A stretch of 63,944 nt of DNA, filler included, from Chiloscyllium plagiosum (lineage: Eukaryota), in the NCBI RefSeq assembly GCF_004010195.1. It is 5 parts of one record of this genome, joined end to end, with 100 filler letters (N's around TTAATTAATTAA, not from the genome) between each part and the next. Parts side by side here need not be neighbours in the genome. Positions count along the whole stretch, not along the records: positions 30,585 to 56,411 come from NC_057714.1; 4 more parts are not named here. The stretch is one strand, 5' to 3'. A program made the position numbers and the translations under genes. Of this stretch, positions 35,933 through 48,960 are shown piece after piece. The notes beneath the pieces were generated by a model, which saw only the letters and a list, made by a program, of their open reading frames with translations, did no database searches and was not told the origin of the DNA. Each line of letters begins with the position of its first letter. Position 1 is the stretch's first letter.

Positions 35933-38527
35933 GTAAAAACTAGGTAAAAAAACTAGGAACTGCTCGGACGCCATTAGCCGTGCAGCCACGATCCCCACTT
36001 GATGATGTCATTTCCGTCCCCATCATGCCGCTCCTACAGCCACTTCTGCCCCTCTCAATTCCTCATGCACCACACATGACATCACTTCCGGCCCTCACAT
36101 CATCGCTGATGTCATACGCTCAGTGACTTCTGTCCCCACCCCACTGCCATGTTTGCCACTTCAACCCCCACCAATGCTACTCACCTGCAATCTGCCGACA
36201 TGCCCCCCACAGATCCCACTGTCACCATCCCGCTCCCCAGAACACCACCCCTGCTCATGACTCCACCCCCATTGCCCCCACCACCACACCCTCACCAGTT
36301 ACCAGCCCCGCCCCCACTCCCAGCTCCACACCCACACCAGATCCCAACTCTGTCGAGTTTTCACCATCCCTCCAGACCTTCCCCTCACTGAGGACGAATG
36401 ATCAGTCCTCNNNNNNNNNNNNNNNNNNNNNNNNNNNNNNNNNNNNNNNNNNNNNNNNNNNNNNNNNNNNNNNNNNNNNNNNNNNNNNNNNNNNNNNNNN
36501 NNNNNNNNNNNNNNNNNNNNNNNNNNNNNNNNNNNNNNNNNNNNNNNNNNNNNNNNNNNNNNNNNNNNNNNNNNNNNNNNNNNNNNNNNNNNNNNNNNNN
36601 NNNNNNNNNNNNNNNNNNNNNNNNNNNNNNNNNNNNNNNNNNNNNNNNNNNNNNNNNNNNNNNNNNNNNNNNNNNNNNNNNNNNNNNNNNNNNNNNNNNN
36701 NNNNNNNNNNNNNNNGGCCGACCCATTGTCTCAGCATGCTCCTGCCCCACTGAACTCATTTTTACCTACCTCGACACTGTCCTATCCCCCCAGTCCAGGA
36801 ACTCCCCACATACGTTCGAGATACCACCCATGCCCTCCACCTCCTCCAAGACTTCCATTTCCCTGGCCCCCAAAGTCTCATCTTCACCATGGATATGCAA
36901 TCCCTCTACACCACCATCCACCATGACCCAAGGCCTCCAAGCCCTCTGTTTCTTCCTCTCCCAACATCCTCAACAGTACCCTTCCACCGACACACTCTTT
37001 CATTTAGCCGAGCTGGTCCTCACCCTTAACAATTTCTCCTTCGAATCCTCCCACTTCCTCCAGACCAAAGAGGTAGCCATGGGCACCCATATGGGCCCCA
37101 GCTATGCCTGTCTCTTTGTTGGCTACGTAGAACAGTCGACCTTCCGTAATTACACCGGTACGACTCCCCTCTTCCTCTGCTATATCGATGACTGCATTGT
37201 CGCCACCTTGTGCTCCCGCGAGGAGGTTGAGCAATTCATCAACTTCACCAACACATTCCACCCTGAACTTAAATTTACCTGGACCATCTCTGACACCTCC
37301 CTCCCCTTCCTGGACCTCTCCATCTCCATTAATGACGACCGACTTGACACCGACATCTTTTACAAACCCACCGACTCCCACAGTTGCCTGGATTACACCG
37401 CTTCCCACCCTACCTCCTGCAAAAATGCAATCTCGTATTCCCAATTCCTCTGGCTCCACCGTATCTGCTCCCAGGAGGACCAGTTCCACCACAGAACACA
37501 CCAGATGGCCTCCTTCTTTAGAGACCGCAATTTCCCTTCCTACGTGGTTAAAGATGCCCTCCAACGCATCTCGTCGACATCCTGCACCTCCGCCCTCAGA
37601 CCCCACCCCTCCAACCGTAACAAGGACAGACCGCCCCTGATGCTCACCTTCCACCCTACCAACATTTCTGCCACCTCCAAACAGACCCCACCACCAGGGA
37701 TATGTTTCCCTCCCCATCCCTTTCCGCCTTCCGCAAAGACCGTTCCCTCCGTGACTACCTGGTCAGGTCCATGCCCCCCTACAACCCACCCTCCCATCCT
37801 GGCACCTTCCTCTGCCACCGCAGGAATTGCAAAACCTGTGCCCATACCTCCTCCCTGACCTCCATCCAAGGCCCTAAAGGAGCCTTCCACATCCGTCAAA
37901 GTTTTACCTGCACATCCACCAATATGTTATTGTATCCGTTGCTCCCGATGCAGTCTCTTCTACATTGGGGAGACTGGACACCTCCTAGCAGAGCGCTTTA
38001 GGGAACATCTCTTGGACACCTGCACCAAACAACCCCACTGCCCTGTGGCCCAACATTTCAACTCCGTCTCCCACTCTGCCGAGGACATGGAGGTCCTGGG
38101 CCTCCTTCACCGCTGCTCCCTCACCACCAGACGCCTGGAGGAAGAACGCCTCATCTTCTGCCTCGGAACACTTCAACCCCAGGGCATCAATGTGGACTTC
38201 AACAGTTTCCTCATTTCACCTTCCCCCACCTCACCCCAGTTCCAAACTTCCAGCTCAGCACTGTCCCCATGACTTGTCCTACCTGCCTATCTTCTTTTCC
38301 ACCTATCCACTCCATCCTCTCCCCGACCTATCGCCTTCATCCCCTCCCTCACTCACCTATTGTACTCTATGCTACTTTCTCCCCACCCCGACCTACCTCT
38401 CACATATCTCTCCACCCTTCAGGCTCTCTGCCTATATTCCTGATGAAGGGCTTTTGCCTGAAACATCGATTTTACTGCTCCTCAGATGCTGCCTGAACTG
38501 CTGTGCTTTTCCAGCACCACTCTAATC
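35933..38527 (+). mobile_element. Penelope-like element (Neptune type), RT + GIY-YIG + pLTR, frameshifted, with N-gap
   Basis: GRPIVSACSCPTELI, AMGTHMGPSYACLFVG, YIDD, CHRRNCKTC, YIGETG, EEERLIFCLGTLQPQGINVDF; TSD TAAATA(C/G)ACAAAG at 35920-35932 and 38528-38540. Confidence 0.95.
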
Positions 38528-38718
38528 TAAATAGACAAAGTTTTTCCCTGGGGTCGGGGAGTCCAGAACTAGAGGGCATAGGTTTAGGGTGAGAGGGGAA
38601 AGATATAAAAGAGACCTATGGGGCAACATTTTCACACAGAGGGTGGTACGTGTATGGAATGAGCTGCCAGAGGAAGTGGTGGAGGCTGGTAAAATTGCAA
38701 CATTTAAAAGACATTTGG

Positions 38719-41700
38719 GAGATCCAAGATGGCAGCGACCCAGCAAGTCTGAGTCTATAGTACTCCACCCAAAACTCAGGCAAAGTGGGCTACCCGCCTC
38801 CACTACACCTTCCAATCCATTCAAAATAACTGTTACCTAATTCATTTGGTCATTCTGCATAAATTTGAGTAGTTTGGTGCAGTGCTAAAATGACTAAAGG
38901 AAAGAATGCCCGCAGCTCGCAGCAGGCAAAACCCCTCACCCATCCCCTCCAGCAGCAGCAGAGATGTCCGTGGCCTCCACGGGGGACTTAACTACGGTGG
39001 CGAGCCTATTCTCTGTAATTAACAAACTGCAGGAGAAGATCGACACTTACATAGAGGAATCCAGGTCCAGCTAGGAATCGCTTTCAGTCGCACTGCAAAA
39101 GCATGACTGAGATACTGAAAAGCTCGAACATCATGTTGGAGGGGCAGAGCTAAAGGCCACGACCTCGGAAGCTGCTGCAGAGTCGGCCGTGGGCCGAATT
39201 CTTGAACGAGTCCGGGCCTTAGAATAGGTCGCCGAACAAATATTCGTTTCCTGGGCCTTCCCGAATGGGAAGAGGAAGGCCAGCTTGCAGTCTTTTTGGG
39301 GCAGTGGCACCCTCAGATATTGAAGCTGGAGTCTGGCTCAGGCCAGGTGCGGGTAGAGTGGGCCCACTGGGTTGCTATACGCAGGCCCGGGTCGGACCAG
39401 CGCCTCCGCCCGGTCCTGTTCCGGCTTCAGTGTTACAGAGAGATGTAAATGCTCCTGGAAGCCTCCAGAACCCTCGGGAAGGATCCCCAACTATAACACA
39501 TAAGGGATCTAGGATTTTGCTGTTCCAGGATTTCTCCCCAGCTTTGGTCCGCAAGAGGAGGGCATTTGATGAAACGAAGAAGGGTCTAAGGGACTTAAAC
39601 GTCCAGTATTCCTTGCGTTACCCAGCGATGCTGTGTTTTAGCCATGAAGGATCCATCTATAACTTTGGATCGCCGGAGAAGGCCAAAGAATTTTTGGACT
39701 CTCTTTAATACACTGTAAGAATTAATCCGTGTGGTTAATGATGCTGTTTTGCCCCCCTCCCCCGGTCTACCCTTTTCTTTCTTCTTATTTCCTTTTACTG
39801 TTTAATATCGTCTCCGGGGGGTAGGGAGGGGGGCTTATTTGTTCGCCAATATGCGATTTTCTTTTTATTTATGTAGGCCGGGTGGTTTAGTTAATTCGTG
39901 TGGGGGAGGGTGTTTGTTTTGTCCTATCTCATTTCTTTCTTAGAGCGAGGTTTTCTTTTTCTGTTATCATACTTAATTATTACCTGCTGAGATTGTAACT
40001 TTATAGTTTTATATGCTTATACTTGGCATTATCTTTACTAAATGTATCCAGGTGTTGGTGTGGGTGGGGGTGGGGAGCTCACTTTCAACTTTTGCTTTAT
40101 AGAACACTGGAATTTCTTTATTTTACTATGTGGTGCCTGGATTGAGGGTGGGGCATTGGTTGGGAGAGGATACGATGGGTTTTCTGAATAGAAAAGGGCC
40201 CCCTGGGAGCAAGGGGGAAAATCTCCTTTTAAATGTGTTTTATATTTTTCTTATTTCGAATTAGTTTTTCACTATATTGGCGTGAGTGCATTAAAGAATT
40301 TCTATTTTTTGTGAATTTTCTACGGTCTACGTTCGGGGTATTTTGGATGGGGTTTTTCCTCCCGGGGGGGGGGGGTCTCGGACTTGCTTGGACGATCATG
40401 GTTAGTCATTCGATTAAGTGGTGCCCCTGGAATGTCAAGAGGAGTAATTCACCAATCAAAAGGAAGAAAATACTATCAAACCTCAAAAAAAACGTTGATA
40501 TAACTCTCTTACAGGAGACACATTTACTGGATAAGGAGCACTTGAAGTTACAACAGGGAGGATTCGATCAGGCCTTTTTTTTCATCTTTTAGTTCAAAAA
40601 GTAGGGGAGTAGTCATTCTCATTTGGAAGAACCATCCTTTCAAAATCTTAAGTCAGATAAAGGATGAATCTGGACAGTATGTACTGATCAAAGCCCTTAT
40701 AAATGGAGAGGATTATGGGATTTTGAATCTTTATTGTCCTCTGGCACACTCTTTCAAATTTATAACAGAAGCATTCTCCAGACTGATGGCTTTTCAGGGC
40801 TTGTTACACAATTATAGGAGAAGATTTCAATTGTATTATGGATCCGGAGGTAGACAGGATACCCAAGAATAAGGAGCTAGGATTAGTAGATGTGTGGAGG
40901 TGTCTTCATCCGCAAGGCAGAGATTTTTCTTTTTATTGTAATCCACGTAAGTGTCACACTAGAATTGATATGTTTTTTACTCCCTCTACCTTTCTGAATT
41001 CCATACTATCTGGCAAAATAGGTAATATAATAATCTCTGATCATGCTGTTGTGTACATGGAAACCAAGACTAGGGACAATGAAACGACCCCCCCGACATT
41101 GGCGTATGGATTCTTTCTTAATGAAGGATAGTAAATTCGAAAATATTTTTCTCAAGAATTCAAAACCGTTTTGGAAATTAACTCAGGTACAGCCAGTAAC
41201 CTGTTAGTGATGTGGGAGACTATGCACGGGGTCTGATTATTTCATACTCGGCGACCCAAAAAAAAACAAAAGGGAGAACAACAGCGTCTACTCGAGGCTC
41301 GCTTGAAGGCAGCTGAGGTGGCTTATGTTGATAGGCCCTCTGTTGCTAAATTACAAAGGATTACAGCCCTGAATACTGCACTTACCCAAATGGCAAAGAG
41401 GGAAATATTATTTGCAAAGCAAAGATTATATGAATATGGCGTTAAGCCTGGTAGATACCTAGCGTATCTTGCAAGGCAAAAAAAAGGCCCCTCAAGCTAT
41501 CACATCCATGAGGGAAATGATTTGACTCATGATCATAAAACGATCAATACTATCTTCAGGGAGTTTTACTCTGATTTGTATAAATCGCAGGACTGTGAAG
41601 ACAGAGCTAAGAAGATGGACTCCTTTTTTAAAAGCCTGACCTTTCCAGACTTAACCCTGGAACAGGTGGCGATTTTGAATGCTCCCCTGACAACCCAGGA

Positions 41701-44365
41701 AGTACTTGACGCAATCTGGCAGCTTCAGAGCAGTAAAGCACCTGGCCTAGATGGATTCCAGGTTGAATTCTACAAAGAGTTTACAGGAGTACTAGCTGGT
41801 CCACTTATAGACATGTACAATTACATTGAGAGAGGCGAATATCTCTCTCATTCTCAAAAAAGGAAAGGCCCCAGAAGATTGTGCATCATACAGACCAATA
41901 TCTTTGTTAAATGTAGATTTTAAAATTCTTTTTAAAACATTAGTATTGAGGTTGGAGAAGGTGTTACCACACATCATAAAAGAGGACCAGACGGGTTTAT
42001 CAAGGGCCGTTGATCATCTAATAATATTAGAAGGGTTTTGAATGTGATTCAAGTCTGTCAGCAGGAAAGAATACCGGAATAGTAGTCTCGTTGGATGTGG
42101 AGAAGGCATCTGACCGGGTTGAATGGTCATACCTGTTTTACACACTGGAAAAGTGCGGTGTCGGAAAGGTATTCGCTAAATGGGTCTCAATATTGTATAA
42201 TGACCCCAAAGCACCCATAACTGCCAATGGTTTAGGCTTGGATAGCTTCAGTGTGGGTAGGGGTTGTCCCCTCTCACTACTGTTATTCCCGCTAATAATT
42301 GAGCCACTAGCAGAAGCTATACGGGCTGATTTTAATATAATGGCTCCGAGAGTTGGTAAGGGTAAACATAAAATTACCCTTTATGCAGATGATGTTCTCT
42401 CTCCTTTTTCTTAGTAATCCTTTGATGTCCGTGCCCCACCTGATCCAAGTAATTAATTTATTTAGTGTGTTTTCAGGTTACAAAGTGAATTTCACAAAAT
42501 CGGAGGCCATGCCTACGGGCAGTCTCACTGGTATGTCCCACTTATCGGACAGATCTCGCTTTCCCTTTCGGTGGTCCCTGGAGGGTTTTTTATATTTAGA
42601 TATTTTTATCACCTCAATATTTGGCCAATTGTATAAAGCCAATTTTGTACATCTATTGGAGAGGATAGGGCAGGACCTTCAACGATGGGGGAATCTTCCA
42701 ATATCTTGGTTAGGCAAAATAGCTCTAAATAAAATGAGTATCTTGCCTCATCTCCTATACCCGATGAGAATGCCCCCAGTGATGCTACCGAGGCCTGCAT
42801 TGCGCAAACTATGTGGTTGTCTTGGCTCTTTCATCTGGAATCATAGACAGCCCCTTATTAAGCTAAGGAAGCTGCAGGAAGCAAGCAAGGGGAGGGCTGG
42901 ATTTTCCAGACTTTAGGAAGTATCAGCTGAGTTCTCTATTAAGCTACATAGCTGGTTGGGTCTCGTGCAATCAATCTGGATGGACATTGAGGCCTCTCAA
43001 GCAAAGTGTCTCCTTAATAATCTCCTATTTTTAGATAAAACGAAAGTCATTATAGACTATTGTAAAAACCTTATTGTATTAAACATAATTAAAGCCTGGA
43101 GGATAATGCGGCAAAACAAGGGCAAATCACAAAAAACGTCCTCTTTTACTCCTATAATGGGAGCATGTGGTTTTCAACAGACGCCACATTTAAATCCTGG
43201 AGGTCTGGGGTATTTCTTGCTTAGGGGATCTGTTCGATGGGGAGGTTATGATGTCGTTTGAACAGCTACATCAGAAATTTGGACTACCTAATGGAGACCT
43301 CTTTCGATACTTCCAAATTCAAGATTACATACAGAAGACTACGTTATTAGATTGCTCTTATAAATCAGATAGGGAACGAAGTGTGTTGTGGCCAGTGGGT
43401 TTACCCTCAGTCAGCACTCTCTATCATTCACTACATAACGAAGTATCGGAAGACATGGAAAGATTGTTTAAAACACGGAATCAGGAATTGGGGTTGGAAA
43501 TCTCTTCAGAAATATGGGACAACATTTGGGAAAATGCCAGAAAGATCTCTATCTGTAATAGAATCCAAGCTACTCAATTAAAGACACTCCATAGGACTCA
43601 TATAGCACCGGAATGATTGGCAAAATTTAGGACAGGAGCATCTCCAATGTGTCCTAATGTAAAAGAGGTCGGCACTCTCACACACTGCTTACGGACATGT
43701 CACAAGATCTGCAAAAACTGGATCAGAGTAGCAAATGCTCTGACAGAAATCTTGGGAGCAGAAATTAGAGTGGATCCAGTATTTCTTCTCCTGGGCTTTC
43801 CGAGCCTGCCCTCGCTGGATATGCACGTGAGGAAATTATTCTCCATTCTCTCCTTTTGTGCAAGGCAAAATATCTTAGTAAACTGGGTAGCTAAGGGTCC
43901 TCCACGACTTTTGAACTGGCATAGGTTGGTCATGGAATGTATTCCCCTTGACTTCCTTACAAATACGGTGCACCAAAAACCTGAATTAATTTATAAGATA
44001 TGGCAGCTCTTTCTGAACTATATAGATACAGATATTTCAGCCATTTTGTGAAGAGCTTTTATCTTGTTGTGGTAACGGTTCTGGCTGGTCTGGGGACCCC
44101 CGGAGGGAGGAATCCCGTACAAATATGGGTTTTATTATGACTTAATTTCAATTTGTGCTGAGCATAATAATTAAATAATGTTTTTTTCCTTTTAAGTAAT
44201 GTAAGATTTTTATTATACGTTCTGGTTAGTTACAGGTTAGATTAGTAGTTAGTTGAGTGTTTTTTTTTCTCTTTTCTTTTGTATTTGTGTGTATTATTTT
44301 TAAAGTTTGTAATAATGTTATAAAAAATTTTCTTTTCATCAATAAAAATATCTAGCAAAAGGAAA
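38719..44365 (+). mobile_element. Full-length (~5.6 kb) L1-clade LINE, decayed; ORF1 ~38890-39708, ORF2 ~40398-44051
   Basis: 5' GGGAGATCCAAGATGGC; APE WNVK/LLQETHL/SDHA; RT YRPISLLNVDFKIL, GCPLS, LYADD; CCHC end; approximate TSD AAAAGACATTTGG (38706-38718) / AGAAGGCATTTGG (44366-44378). Confidence 0.95.
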
Positions 44366-44609
44366 AGAAGGCATTTGGATGGGTATATGAATAGGATGGG
44401 TTTGGAGGGATATGGGCCGGGTGCTGGCAGGTGGCACGAGATTGGGTTGGGATATCTGGTCAGCATGGACAGGTTGGACCGAAGGGTCTGTTTCTTTGCA
44501 GTACATCTCTATGACTCTATAATCTAGCGCAAATCCTTGGCCAGCCTAATTACAATCTTGCATCATACTGTTTAATATTTATTCAGTCAACCTTGTAGCC
44601 GAATAAAGG

Positions 44610-45246
44610 ATGTCAGGGACGTCTCCGAAACAGTTTTTGTTTCTCGTCCACGTTGTCCCGTTGTCAGGCTGGGTGGCGGCGGGGCTGGTTAGGGTTAGGT
44701 TTAGGGGATTGCTGACTGAATTCCCGCTCCTTACCGCGGAGAGAGCTCATCACTTGCTGCTCGAGGACAATCCCAGCTCCTCACAAAACATGACAACCGG
44801 ATACTTCCTTTCCCCGATTCAAGATCCTCTACAAATCCAAGAGCGTGTCCACAAGACTGACAACAACAACCTGCGTGGACCTTACACTCTCTTTACCGCA
44901 GGGAACGGTCCTGCTCCGCGGTGCAGGTGTCTCGAGCGCCTCGCGGACGCACTTACACCCCGAAGCGCGAGATGAGTTTACCCAGGTACCTTTGCGTGCC
45001 ACGAGCCGGCAGTTAGCCTAACGGTCGCGGCTTTATTTGAAGACAGCACAGGCAAGAAATAAACTTTAACATTTTTACACCTTTATTTACAAGTGTCCTA
45101 TTCTTTGGGACTGGTGACTTTCGCCGTTAGTCTCCCTCCACGGGTTGATTTTCTCTCTCTGGTCTCTACCCTGCCCCAAAGTGCCACGAGGTCCGCTGGA
45201 GAGCGGGTACCTTCTCGAATTTTCCAAGGACTTGACCAATCAGAGT
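44610..45246. promoter_or_regulatory. CpG-rich island, candidate (bidirectional) host promoter / first exons
   Basis: Dense CpGs in a CpG-depleted, non-repeat context; ETS-like GGAAGT (- strand ~44803), CCAAT (~45236), donor G|GTAAGG on minus strand at 44735/44734, CAG|GTACC on plus strand at 44985/44986. Confidence 0.6.
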
Positions 45247-45746
45247 NNNNNNNNNNNNNNNNNNNNNNNNNNNNNNNNNNNNNNNNNNNNNNNNNNNNNN
45301 NNNNNNNNNNNNNNNNNNNNNNNNNNNNNNNNNNNNNNNNNNNNNNNNNNNNNNNNNNNNNNNNNNNNNNNNNNNNNNNNNNNNNNNNNNNNNNNNNNNN
45401 NNNNNNNNNNNNNNNNNNNNNNNNNNNNNNNNNNNNNNNNNNNNNNNNNNNNNNNNNNNNNNNNNNNNNNNNNNNNNNNNNNNNNNNNNNNNNNNNNNNN
45501 NNNNNNNNNNNNNNNNNNNNNNNNNNNNNNNNNNNNNNNNNNNNNNNNNNNNNNNNNNNNNNNNNNNNNNNNNNNNNNNNNNNNNNNNNNNNNNNNNNNN
45601 NNNNNNNNNNNNNNNNNNNNNNNNNNNNNNNNNNNNNNNNNNNNNNNNNNNNNNNNNNNNNNNNNNNNNNNNNNNNNNNNNNNNNNNNNNNNNNNNNNNN
45701 NNNNNNNNNNNNNNNNNNNNNNNNNNNNNNNNNNNNNNNNNNNNNN

Positions 45747-45985
45747 TCACATTTATCCACATCATACTGCATCTGCCATGCATTTACCCATTCTCTCAGC
45801 TTGCCCACTGAAGCATCTCTGCATCCTCCACGCAGCTTTGTGTCATCTGCCACTTTGGAGATATTTCATTTAGTTCCTTCATTTAACTGATTGTTGTATA
45901 TTGTGAGTAGTTGGGATTCTAGCACTGATCCTTCTGATACCCCACTAGAGACTACCTCCCATTCGAAAAAAGACTTGTTTATTCC
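45747..45985 (-). mobile_element. CR1/L2-type RT fragment
   Basis: ADDTKLRG..WVNAWQMQYDVDKC. Confidence 0.75.
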
Positions 45986-47040
45986 TAGACAAAAACAACA
46001 ATTGTTTGAAAAATGTAGGTGGTCTCCAGCATCTGTGGAGAGACAGCAGCGATTCCAAATCCATTTCTTACTTTCTGCTCAATACGTACATAGCTCATGT
46101 CCATATCATTAGTTATCCACTGACCATAAAATTTGGATTCAGGAAATATCACCCTGAGATCTCATTTTTACAGCTGCACCGAGTAAGTAGCATTTGTGGC
46201 TTTTAAACCTCTATTTTCAGCTGGACAGGACTATTCATGGCACACAGATTCTTCTGAGACCCCACAGCTTCCAGTACTTGACATATTGCTGCTTGCTAAC
46301 TCCATAAACTCTGCCTGAATTCGAACAGCACAGAGACATCCAACAGCTCTTGGGAATCCTTATTGAATTCCCTGCACAGAATCTGTGTGTAGTTCAGCTA
46401 TCTTCCCAGAGGTACAGAATGAAAGCACCAGACAGGGAGTCTTCTCTCTCGCTCCCTGACGTATTCACAAACTGCCAGACTTCATCTGTCTCCTTTGAAC
46501 TTCTCTTCAATGACCTTTAACTGGCCTAAGTGACCTGTCGAAAACTTTGCAATTAATCCTACATCTATTTCTAAGCAGAATTGAGTGTAATTAATATTTT
46601 GAAGCAGCCAAAAGTAATAACCTGGAATGAAATGTGCCTTGAACTGGAGTATTATTGTGAGTGGTTACTTCACAAGATCCTCCAAATCCCAGACAAGAAA
46701 ATTGATCCAGTCAACAGCATTGTCACCCAAATCGAATTGTTTAACATTGAGGCACAAATCACGTAAAACCAGTCCAAGTGTAGTTCAGTCCCTGATAACA
46801 GACTCTCTAAATGACTGCTCTATTTGGAAAATAGTCACTCCAGGAGACACTGAAGAGGACAGTAGAAAGTATTTAGCAATATCCTAAAAAAATTCTTGAA
46901 GATGTGAAACATCCCTGCCATGGCCTGTGATAGGTCAATACAGAGAAGGCTGATGTGGAAAGGTCCAAACGCATTGAGAGATGTTGGGAACATGCAGAGA
47001 GGCAGATGCGGTACTGGGGGAGTAGACAAACTGTAGAGAT

Positions 47041-47896
47041 TGTAACAAGGTCAGCCAGGTGGATATCATAGAAGATGAATTCTCTGATTGGGGCTGTTAA
47101 TCTGGTCCAACAAGAGAGCCCTAGCTGGTAGATATAAACAGGAGTGTGTGTGTGAAGGGCAGTGTTTGTCAGTGGCCACCCGGGTGTTTTCCTATCTTCC
47201 TGGTGGTGGAATTTGAATAAAGATTGGTGCACTTTGTGTCTTTCACTGTGTCTCCCACCTGCACACACACACACCATGAGTGCTGGGGAAAAAAAAAATA
47301 AGCACTACCGCACTTAGGTGGTAGTGGGGGGGGGGGGGGGAAAGGGACATTAGAGGTGGGCGCCGCAGGGAATGGAGTGCATCATTTCTCCCTCCAACTC
47401 TATTTAAAAAAAAACAAAAAACAGGAGTGTGAACTGGAAGGGACATAGAGTGGACCAAGATCCGGAAAGTGTGTAGGGGCGGGCTGCCTTAGAGTGGCTG
47501 GAAGGTTGGAGGGATGAGGGTGCTTGCTGGGTTTTCTGGGGGTCTGTATTATATGCACTGTTTTTTATGTAATTAAACTGTCTTGTATGTACAAATGTCA
47601 TTGTTACTGTTTTGTAATGTTTGAAACTGGGATTTGAGGTTTGTCCTCATTTCCCTGAAAACTGGTTGTACGGTATGGTTTGGGGCCTGGCTTTGCTGTC
47701 CCTCTCCCTTCTAAAATTGCTGTTTCTCTGGACACAGCTGTTAATGTTAATTGTTTTGTAATATGTGAATTGTTTAATAAAATTAAAAATAAACAGGAGT
47801 GTGGCTCTGAAGGAGTTGGATCAGCATCAAAGACTCGTTACGTATAAATAAAGGGTGACTTGATGACGGGATACCGAACTCGATGGAGTTATCTCA
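47041..47896 (+). mobile_element. Solo LTR interrupted by two retro-insertions
   Basis: TGTAACA start, TATAAA, AATAAA, ends ...TCTCA; same family (GGGGCT.TTAATCTGGTCCAA) on the minus strand at ~53820-53976. Confidence 0.7.
47149..47790 (+). mobile_element. Two A-tailed non-LTR (Tx1/L1-like) 3'-end insertions: 47149-47418 and 47432-47790
   Basis: AAACAGGAGTGTG at 47136-47148, 47419-47431 and 47791-47803; A-rich tail before the second and third copies; RWAPQGMECIISPSNSI-like C-terminal peptide at ~47353. Confidence 0.7.
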
Positions 47897-48329
47897 TTCA
47901 CCACCTTCTCAAAGGCAACTAGAATGGACAATAAATACTGGCCAGCCATCGATGCCAACGTCCCACAAGAGAATAAACAGACATGTTAGAGGTTCTGTTT
48001 ACTTTGAAAGCTGGCTTTCTCTCTGTTTCCTGGCCTGAGTCCTGACCTGGATCCTGCTCCTGCCATCACTCTCAGTTCCTATGTGACCTGGGATCTGTTC
48101 TTCAGTCTTGTGGTACATCCAATGGTAGCTGATGGACAGTCCAATTGTGACCAGCTGGTACCTGCATCAACCAACCTCTGCTAATAAATGGACAGATTCT
48201 CGTCAATCTAAAAATACAGCTCTGCAGGGGAATAACTCTTAACTGCTTTCCAATTTATTGTACTGTACACAATATTAATTTTGCATTGTGATTTTTTTTT
48301 TACTTTGCTAGTGGCAATTCGAAGTTGCT

Positions 48330-48960
48330 TCAAGTGTCCTTTCCATCCACATTTGCAGCTAGTGTTATCAAATTGAGCTCAGGCATTTGTAGTTCAGAAA
48401 CAACTGGCAACTCAGCCGCACATCTCCAAGGCTGAGAACCACTTGGGGAGCATGTGCTCTGACATGGTCATCCAACAGGGGATGCAACAGCTTAAGGTTG
48501 TGCAGAATGGGCGACTACCCTGAGTATACCTTATTCTCTAACCAGTAGTTATTTCTGAATCCAACTGATGGTACTGGATCCCTCTGGAGAATACAGCCAG
48601 AGCCAAGTCACTGGACCCATGATCCATCTCGCTGTGCCCTTGGGGAGGGCAAAGGAGAGGACAGCAATGGTGATTGGGGATTCAAAAGGTTGGAGGACAG
48701 ATCAGCTTCCTGCGGAGAGTTTTGGGAGACTAGAATAGAAAATAAGCAGTAGGAACTCCAAAGTAGCAGTATTCAGGTTACTGCCGGTGCTTGTTAGAAC
48801 AGAAATAAGAGGTGAGTGCAGCTGAATGTAAGGTTAAAGAAATGGAACAGTCGGAAGGATTTCAGATTCCTAGGCACTGGGAACAATTTTGGGAGAGGTG
48901 ACAGCTACACAAATTGGACAGGTTTCCCCACAACTTGACAAGGGTCAATAGTGTAGTCCC
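48330..48960 (+). mobile_element. Very decayed CR1 ORF1 (esterase) remnant
   Basis: AMVIGDS..GGTD-like (~48665), FRFLGxW (~48860). Confidence 0.5.

Larger units (their letters stand above)
35053..44525 (+). mobile_element. Internally deleted CR1 (5'UTR fused to ORF2 3' end), split into three pieces: 35053-35932, 38541-38718, 44366-44525
   Basis: 35200-35395 matches the CR1 5'UTR at 21340-21505; ORF2 end LLEYCVQFWSP...; sequence resumes collinearly after each nested insertion; CTATGACTCTAT tail. Confidence 0.8.

Noticed and set aside
37004..37717. 237-aa minus-strand ORF (and 53026-53799, 257 aa)
   Set aside because: Antisense or alternative-frame shadows of C-rich Penelope coding sequence
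44687..44707. Telomere-like GGTTAGGGTTAGGTTTAGGGG
   Set aside because: Only about three imperfect units; too short to call an interstitial telomeric repeat
46143..46188. Strong donor-like GTAAGT on the plus strand
   Set aside because: Weak acceptor and no recognisable coding frame; an isolated motif is expected by chance
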